Translations under genes and position numbers: made by a program
Part shown: piece after piece, positions 38,922-45,333 of the stretch
Layout: each line of letters begins with the position of its first letter
Numbering within the stretch: position 1 is the first letter of the stretch
DNA from: Bacteroidales bacterium
Lineage (GTDB): Bacteria; Bacteroidota; Bacteroidia; Bacteroidales; BM520
Assembly (NCBI GenBank): GCA_031276035.1
Contig: JAISNV010000001.1
Coordinates: 140,062 to 204,061, forward strand
Direction: 5' to 3'
Length of the DNA stretch: 64,000 nucleotides
The notes under the pieces: model-generated
Databases searched by the model: none
Seen by the model: the letters and a program-made list of their open reading frames with translations, nothing else
Told to the model about the DNA's origin: nothing

Positions 38922-40253
38922 TTATTCTTGATCAATATAATGTTCGCCTTTATAATATTTTACAATTCTACTTTTTATCATATACTGTAAATGAGAATTC
39001 AACATTTGTGCTTTTGCCGCAAGTAGTTGATTAGAGCTGCTATGCAATTCCAAAATACTTAACAAACCTTCTTCGTATTTTCTTGTATTTAATTTATGTG
39101 CGAGGTCTTGCGCTTCCACTTGTTTTTTGGATTGATAAAATTCCTTAACGGCGCCGTTGAGATCTTGAATCGCTTTCAATACTTCAGTTTCAACCTCATT
39201 AATTTGATCCATATATTCATATTGCGATATTGCAACAAGATTCTTATTTCGCGAAACATCTCCCTGTAGAGACAATGCGCTGAAAATAGGAATACTAACT
39301 CCAACGTAAACATATTGACCTTGACGATTGACCAATTGTTCCCAGAATTTTGTATTTCCCTCGGCACCAATATAATTAACGTAGCCTGTACTGTATCCGC
39401 CTTCTAAACTGATACGAGGAAGAAGTCGCCATTTTGCCGTATTCAATTGATATTGTGCAATTTTTACACTTTGTTCACCTTTTCTTAAACTCGGCAAAAA
39501 AGCTTTTGCCGACGAAATCAAAGATTCCGGAGAAGATGTACTGAAATAAACCTCATCATTATTCAATATTACAGTATCTGTAATTAAATTTTCATCCTTA
39601 GGAAAAAACATAATACCTTTTAAAACTAAAATTGCTTGTTCCAGATTATTTTCTTGATGGATAAGATTGAGATCGTTGGTTGCTACAATTGCTTCGGCTT
39701 GCAAAACGTCGGACTGTCCGCTGAGACCCAATTCCTCACGAAGTTTAATACTTTTAAGATTATTTTCGCTCTCCTGAAGTTGTTCTTTGGCAAGATTCAA
39801 CATTCCGGCATAATAGAGAACATTATAATAAGCTTGCATTGTTTGCAAGCATATATCATCTTGCAAAAGCTTTGCATCTTCGGTGCCCATCAATCGGGAA
39901 ATCTTAGCTATTTTATAATTGTTAACGGTTGAGAATCCGTTAAAAATAGTGTATGTTCCGTAAATTCCGTAAGAATTATTAAAAGAAGTCGTATTAGTAT
40001 AAGTATTAGTTTCAGGGTCAATGGAACGACCGAAATTTGAGGTGGCACTGGCCGAAGCGGAAATTGAAGGAATAAAATTAAGATAAGATTCCCTGAAATC
40101 TAAATCCGTATTTTTATTTTTTGCTTCTTGAATTTTATATTTCGGAGAGTTTTCTATTGCATATCTCATACAATCTTTCAAATTGTAGATCTTTTGTGCA
40201 AAAGAAAAATTTGTTACGATCAGTAGGGATAAAATCAATATTGTTTTTCGCAT
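38922..40253 (-). CDS. TolC-family outer-membrane efflux protein
   Basis: 443 aa with a signal peptide '...NFSFAQ' and two helical/barrel repeats. It is the first gene of a TolC-HlyD-FtsX operon with 15- and 42-nt gaps. Confidence 0.82.
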   Translation of the reverse strand: MRKTILILSLLIVTNFSFAQKIYNLKDCMRYAIENSPKYKIQEAKNKNTDLDFRESYLNFIPSISASASATSNFGRSIDPETNTYTNTTSFNNSYGIYGTYTIFNGFSTVNNYKIAKISRLMGTEDAKLLQDDICLQTMQAYYNVLYYAGMLNLAKEQLQESENNLKSIKLREELGLSGQSDVLQAEAIVATNDLNLIHQENNLEQAILVLKGIMFFPKDENLITDTVILNNDEVYFSTSSPESLISSAKAFLPSLRKGEQSVKIAQYQLNTAKWRLLPRISLEGGYSTGYVNYIGAEGNTKFWEQLVNRQGQYVYVGVSIPIFSALSLQGDVSRNKNLVAISQYEYMDQINEVETEVLKAIQDLNGAVKEFYQSKKQVEAQDLAHKLNTRKYEEGLLSILELHSSSNQLLAAKAQMLNSHLQYMIKSRIVKYYKGEHYIDQE

Positions 40254-40411
40254 AATATCAAAATTAGATTATCAAGTTTAATAAAAACCGATATATTAAT
40301 TTCGAAAACTATGCCAAAAATTTATAACACTAATATCCAACTGTTTAATTTATTTGTTTACAAGTAATATGTAAAAAAATTTTACAAAAATGATTAATAA
40401 ATTTACAAAGA

Positions 40412-42451
40412 TTAATTATAGATTAGCCATTCGGCATCACCTTGCAGGACTTTTTCAAAAGCTTTATTTCCTTTATCTGCTTTTTCTTCTAAATTTTCTG
40501 TCCACTTTTTATCTCTAAGTATCATTCTCATATTATATTTAGCATATGCATTATGTAGCTTTTGATCGTATTTACCGATTTTTATATAACTCGAATGCGG
40601 ATGAACAATATTGCTGATTGTTAATGAGGCAGGATACAAATCCTTGCCGTTTATGGAAAAGATAACCGTAGGCTGTTGCAAAAAGTAATAAATATTTGTA
40701 ATATACATTGATCCGAAAGCAGGCATATTTTTATTATTAATTTTTACGAGATTATTATCCTCCGAAGCAATTGATACCGAAAATTTCTTATAAGTAGAAC
40801 GGTAACCTATTATCATATTATCTGTTTTTATATTCCTAAAATCGGGAGTTAGTTCATTCCCTTTACATTTTATGAGGGCAATATAAGAGTCATAAGATTT
40901 TGAAGCTTGAGAATAATAGAAAATATTTACTGTATCTTCGGTTTCGTGAAATTTATTATAAAAATTTTTATAGTCATTATATTCATTTATTTTAATTCCA
41001 TAAATCTTTGTTAAAACGGCACGTATAGATGAATTTTTCTGCGCTGTTATACTCTTCCCGAAAATTGTCTTAATAAAATATAGATTCTGTGTACATACAA
41101 CATCATTCTCTTTCAAATTAGCGGCTTCTTTAAAGTCATTAAGAATTAACAACCGTTCTTGTGAAATGCTAACATCTTTAGCAATTACTTCATTTGTATA
41201 TTGTGTCAGCAAAGTAGAAATAAACAACAATATTGCAATAATGCAATTAATTACGACAAAAATAATTTTATTTTTACGTGACAGCAGAATTATAAGATAA
41301 AATAATGATGTAATAACAATTATTATAGCCAGAAAAGAGTAATACAAAGTAACATAATCCATACGAAGTGACAAATAAACTTTTTCGGAAAGAACCAATG
41401 GAATCTGTGGTAGTACAACTGCAATAGCACTTATCAGCAATAAAAACAACACTTTCTTTTTATTAGTGTTTTGAGGTAATAATTTTAAAATAAATAAATA
41501 AAGTAAAACAATAATAAAACTTTTTATATAAGCTAAGATACCTGCATTTTTCAGATAAAACATTAACGAATATTCTGTAGAAATACTATCTGAAAAAGGA
41601 ATAAAAATCAATTTATAATTGAAGAAAGAAGCTAAAGGGCTTGATTTTACAATAATATTCATTAACATTTGTAATGATTTTACGAATGAAATACCCTCGC
41701 TGAATCTATTTCCGACATATTTTGAAGGATATAAATTCAAATACCAAAAATACACTATAATGTAGGCAATACCAAAAAATACAAAAGGTCCTATTTCTTT
41801 CAAAAATTTTAATATATTTTCTTTTTTTAAAAAAGTTTTCGGCTTATATTTTGAAAGAATAATAATTAAAACCAGCACATAATACATCAATAAACTTTCT
41901 TGAAATAAACTCGCAATTGCCATTAAAACCGAAGAAATAATTATATAATAATATTTTCCTGTTTTATGATAGTTAAAAATAAGATGTATTGAACTTAATA
42001 CTAAGACAATAGCTACGGAAAAATAAAACGGATAACAAGTAACCGAAGATCCAGCTCCTCCAAATTGAAATAATGCACAAAATAATAATAATCCCAACAT
42101 AACCAAGAAATTATCATATCCGGCCCTTTTTATTAATGAAAAAAGTAAAATAATTCCAACAATTAAGGGAATCACTTTCATAGTATAATAGAACCAGGGG
42201 GCATTAATTAAATATGGAAGAAAATATATCCATCTGACTAATAAAAAGTAAAATCGTCCGGTAAATTTTGCATATCCTAAACCATCCGCAAACCACAAAT
42301 TTATGTCCGATTTTATAAAATTTTCTAAATCATCAGCAGCAATAAAACTCACTTTAAATAAAGGTAAGAAAGTTAGTACAACTACAATTAACAGCAAAAA
42401 ATCAAAAAGTATTTTTGTTGATTTTTTGTAAATATCTGTTTCTATTTTCAT
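40412..42451 (-). CDS. Polytopic membrane protein, putative GT-C-fold glycosyltransferase (ArnT/PMT-like), with a C-terminal soluble domain
   Basis: 679 aa with about 11-12 hydrophobic helices in the first ~415 aa. An acidic 'AADDLE' motif directly follows TM1, where GT-C enzymes carry their DD/DE motif. The non-membrane C-terminal domain is about 260 aa. Confidence 0.4.
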   Translation of the reverse strand: MKIETDIYKKSTKILFDFLLLIVVVLTFLPLFKVSFIAADDLENFIKSDINLWFADGLGYAKFTGRFYFLLVRWIYFLPYLINAPWFYYTMKVIPLIVGIILLFSLIKRAGYDNFLVMLGLLLFCALFQFGGAGSSVTCYPFYFSVAIVLVLSSIHLIFNYHKTGKYYYIIISSVLMAIASLFQESLLMYYVLVLIIILSKYKPKTFLKKENILKFLKEIGPFVFFGIAYIIVYFWYLNLYPSKYVGNRFSEGISFVKSLQMLMNIIVKSSPLASFFNYKLIFIPFSDSISTEYSLMFYLKNAGILAYIKSFIIVLLYLFILKLLPQNTNKKKVLFLLLISAIAVVLPQIPLVLSEKVYLSLRMDYVTLYYSFLAIIIVITSLFYLIILLSRKNKIIFVVINCIIAILLFISTLLTQYTNEVIAKDVSISQERLLILNDFKEAANLKENDVVCTQNLYFIKTIFGKSITAQKNSSIRAVLTKIYGIKINEYNDYKNFYNKFHETEDTVNIFYYSQASKSYDSYIALIKCKGNELTPDFRNIKTDNMIIGYRSTYKKFSVSIASEDNNLVKINNKNMPAFGSMYITNIYYFLQQPTVIFSINGKDLYPASLTISNIVHPHSSYIKIGKYDQKLHNAYAKYNMRMILRDKKWTENLEEKADKGNKAFEKVLQGDAEWLIYN

Positions 42452-42514
42452 TTAAAAAAAATTTTCCAAAAGTACAAAAATTATTCTGTTAGCTGATTGT
42501 AAAGTAAATTTTAT

Positions 42515-42522
42515 TACCTTTG
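42515..42522 (+). promoter_or_regulatory. -7 box TACCTTTG for the two-component operon
   Basis: An exact TAnnTTTG match, 24 nt upstream of ATG 42546. Confidence 0.55.
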
Positions 42523-42545
42523 TCAAATTATTAGACAATTTTATT

Positions 42546-43907
42546 ATGCAAAAAGGTTCTATACTGGTTGTTGATGACAACAAAGCAATTCTTTCGGCGC
42601 TCGATTTACTTTTGCCCGAATATTTTAAAGAGATTAAAATGCTTTCGAATCCCAATACAATTATCTCTACAATTAAATCGACTTTGTTTGATGTTGTACT
42701 TCTCGATATGAATTTCTCAGCAGGGGTGAATAGCGGCAACGAAGGTTTGTACTGGCTATCCGAAATAAAGAGACATTCTCCGCTCTCGGAAGTTGTTCTT
42801 TTTACTGCTTATGCCGATATTGACCTCGCGGTAAACGGTATCAAACGAGGTGCTTTCGATTTTGTTGTAAAACCTTGGGAAAATGCAAAACTGGTTTCTA
42901 CCCTATTTGCGGCTTACGAACTCTCAAAATCAAAAAAAGAAGTTAAACAACTCAAGGAAATCAAAAAAGAGTTCAGGGCAGATAGTGAAATGTATTGGGG
43001 AAATTCTTCCCAAATGCAAAAAATTCTTTCTCTTGTAGAAAGAATCGCAAAAACTGATGCCAATATTCTTATCACCGGCGAAAACGGCACCGGAAAAGAC
43101 GTGTTGGCAAATGAAATACATAAAAAATCATTCCGGAATAATGAAAGTATGGTTACTGTTGACATAGGAGCGCTGACAGATTCTCTTTTCGAAAGTGAAC
43201 TCTTCGGTCATGTAAAAGGTTCCTTTACTGATGCTAAAACCGATAGAGCCGGAAAATTCGAAGTGGCTTCCGGCGGAACCTTATTTCTCAATGAAATAGG
43301 AAATATTCCATTGCATCTGCAAGCTAAACTTCTAACCGTAATTCAAAATAAATCAATAAGTAGAGTCGGCGGCAACACAGTAATTCCTGTCAATATCCGA
43401 TTGATAAGCGCAACTAATAAAGATCTCGACGAAATGGTCAGAAATAACGAATTTCGAGAAGATTTACTTTACAGAATCAATACTATCCATATTGCTCTTC
43501 CTCCTTTGAGACAACGAAGAGATGAAATTATTCCGCTCGCAGAATTATTCTTGAAAAAATACGCTTTAAAATACGGGAAAAACATCAACGGAATTACTGC
43601 TGATGCTCAGGAAAAGTTAAAAAATTATTCTTGGAATGGAAATATCAGAGAGCTGCAACATGCTGTTGAAAAAGCGGTTATCCTTTCAGACGGGGCAAAA
43701 TTAACTTCAAACGATTTTCTTCTTATCGAAAAAAGTGAAATTCCGTTCAGCGGCAAACTAAATTCAACACTCACTCTCGAAGATATGGAAAGGGAAATGA
43801 TATCACAAGCTTTAATTGACTACAACGGTAATGTGTCTATGATAGCTCAACAATTGGGAATTACCAGACAAACATTATATAACAAACTAAAAAAGTATCA
43901 ATTATGA
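42546..43907 (+). CDS. Sigma-54-dependent response regulator (NtrC/AtoC/ZraR family bEBP)
   Basis: 453 aa. The receiver is '[11 protein letters not shown]...DVVLLDMNF', Walker A is '[13 protein letters not shown]', the sigma-54 contact loop 'GSFTDA' is a GAFTGA variant, and the C-terminal Fis-type HTH is '[23 protein letters not shown]'. Confidence 0.92.
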   Translation: MQKGSILVVDDNKAILSALDLLLPEYFKEIKMLSNPNTIISTIKSTLFDVVLLDMNFSAGVNSGNEGLYWLSEIKRHSPLSEVVLFTAYADIDLAVNGIKRGAFDFVVKPWENAKLVSTLFAAYELSKSKKEVKQLKEIKKEFRADSEMYWGNSSQMQKILSLVERIAKTDANILITGENGTGKDVLANEIHKKSFRNNESMVTVDIGALTDSLFESELFGHVKGSFTDAKTDRAGKFEVASGGTLFLNEIGNIPLHLQAKLLTVIQNKSISRVGGNTVIPVNIRLISATNKDLDEMVRNNEFREDLLYRINTIHIALPPLRQRRDEIIPLAELFLKKYALKYGKNINGITADAQEKLKNYSWNGNIRELQHAVEKAVILSDGAKLTSNDFLLIEKSEIPFSGKLNSTLTLEDMEREMISQALIDYNGNVSMIAQQLGITRQTLYNKLKKYQL

Positions 43908-44024
43908 TGTTATTTAGTTTTTGTATTCTGTTTACTTTATTCATCAATTTTACCAAGATAAATATATTATTACTGAGAAATTAAAATATCCTCAAAATAT
44001 CTGTAAATATTTAAATAACCTCCA

Positions 44025-45332
44025 ATGCGAAATAAATTAGTCATACTCTTAATATTCCTGTTGGTTTTCACCATCGGCTCAGTGTTGCTCTTTGTCTATG
44101 AAAAATATCCTTTTGCAATTATTTCTACCATAATAAGTTTAATTCTTCTTTTTACTACAATCAGACAATTTAGAAATTCTGTCGAAAAACTTAATTATTT
44201 ACTGAGTTCTATTGAGAACGACGATTTTGCTTTCAGATTTTCCGACAATATAGAAAGAAGTTTTAAGGAAGAATATTATTTCAGCTATACTTTGAACAGA
44301 CTAAAAGATATAATGGCAAATGAAAAGAAGTTGGCAAGAGAGCAGGAAAAATATTTTGAATTGATGCTCGATAATGTAATTACGGGAATTATAACCGTTT
44401 CGGAACGCGGCGATGTTGTTTTTTGTAATAACAAAATTTACGAAATGTTCAACCTTTCCGTTCTTACTCATATAGATCAACTTAATCGCGTAAGCGAAGA
44501 ATTGGCGAAGAAAATTTCGGAAATCACTCCCGATGAAAATCCCACAGTATCTTTTTACACAGAGAGCGGTGAAGTTTTTCTTTCTTTGAAATGCAATTAT
44601 GTTACTATCAGAGATAAAAAACTAAAAATTATTGTAATAAATGATATCGGACAAGAATTGGAAGAAAAAGAACTGGAATCTTGGACTCGTTTGATCCGTG
44701 TTCTCACACATGAAATAATGAACACTGTTACTCCGATTTCTTCTCTCAGCGAAACACTATCAAAACATTACGGAAGTACAAACGAAGAAATAAAACAAGG
44801 ACTTGATGTTATAAGCTCTACAAGTAAAGGACTTATTTCCTTTGTTGATTCGTATAGAAAACTTACACGAATTCCGGAACCGATTAAAAAAGTTGTTTCT
44901 GTAAAATCACTTCTAAATAAATTAATTACATTAAATCATGATGATATTGAAAATTTCAACATTAATATTTCGATAAACATGGATAATGAAGATGTTATGA
45001 TTTATGTTGATGAGAATCTGATTCTTCAAGTTTTAATCAATCTAATGAAAAATGCTGTTTCAGCTTTAAAAGAAATCAGTTATGAAAGATTTATCAATTT
45101 TAATGTTTTTGTTGATAATAATGAAGATGTTGTTATCGATATGATTAACAACGGAATGTCTATTAGCAAGGAATTACAGGAGCAAATCTTTATTCCTTTC
45201 TTTACAACGAAAAACACCGGTACCGGAATAGGATTGAGTATTTCTCGACAAATTATGAAGTTGCATAACGGTACTCTTAAACTCAAAATTTCCAATGAAA
45301 AAGAAACTGTTTTTACTTTAATCTTTAGATAA
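44025..45332 (+). CDS. Sensor histidine kinase with two N-terminal TM helices, a PAS-like domain, HisKA and HATPase_c
   Basis: 435 aa. The H-box is 'VLTHEIMNTVTPISSL', the N-box 'LINLMKNAVSA' and the G-boxes 'INNGMSIS' and 'GTGIGLSISRQIM'. Confidence 0.9.
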   Translation: MRNKLVILLIFLLVFTIGSVLLFVYEKYPFAIISTIISLILLFTTIRQFRNSVEKLNYLLSSIENDDFAFRFSDNIERSFKEEYYFSYTLNRLKDIMANEKKLAREQEKYFELMLDNVITGIITVSERGDVVFCNNKIYEMFNLSVLTHIDQLNRVSEELAKKISEITPDENPTVSFYTESGEVFLSLKCNYVTIRDKKLKIIVINDIGQELEEKELESWTRLIRVLTHEIMNTVTPISSLSETLSKHYGSTNEEIKQGLDVISSTSKGLISFVDSYRKLTRIPEPIKKVVSVKSLLNKLITLNHDDIENFNINISINMDNEDVMIYVDENLILQVLINLMKNAVSALKEISYERFINFNVFVDNNEDVVIDMINNGMSISKELQEQIFIPFFTTKNTGTGIGLSISRQIMKLHNGTLKLKISNEKETVFTLIFR

Positions 45333-45333
45333 A

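Noticed and set aside
40301-40321. A second sigma-54 promoter upstream of the TolC-HlyD-FtsX operon (minus strand TGGCATAGTTTTCGAA)
   Set aside because: If TGGCAT is taken as the -24 element, the -12 position reads TCGA, with CG where GC is required. If it is taken as the -12 element, the -24 position reads TTATAA, with no GG. Only the 11-mer ATTTTTGGCAT is shared with the good site at 32374-32390.
21724-42451. Possibility that the efflux/envelope region is a defence island or a bacteriocin (lantibiotic-type) immunity locus
   Set aside because: I found no nuclease, methylase, helicase, toxin-antitoxin, precursor-peptide, LanB/C/M-type or peptidase-C39 genes in any frame. All large ORFs are accounted for by transporter, adaptor, TolC or envelope-enzyme families.
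42452-42739. 95-aa minus-strand ORF abutting the GT-C-like gene
   Set aside because: It is antisense to the receiver domain of the sigma-54 regulator, whose frame carries clear motifs. It also spans the promoter box.
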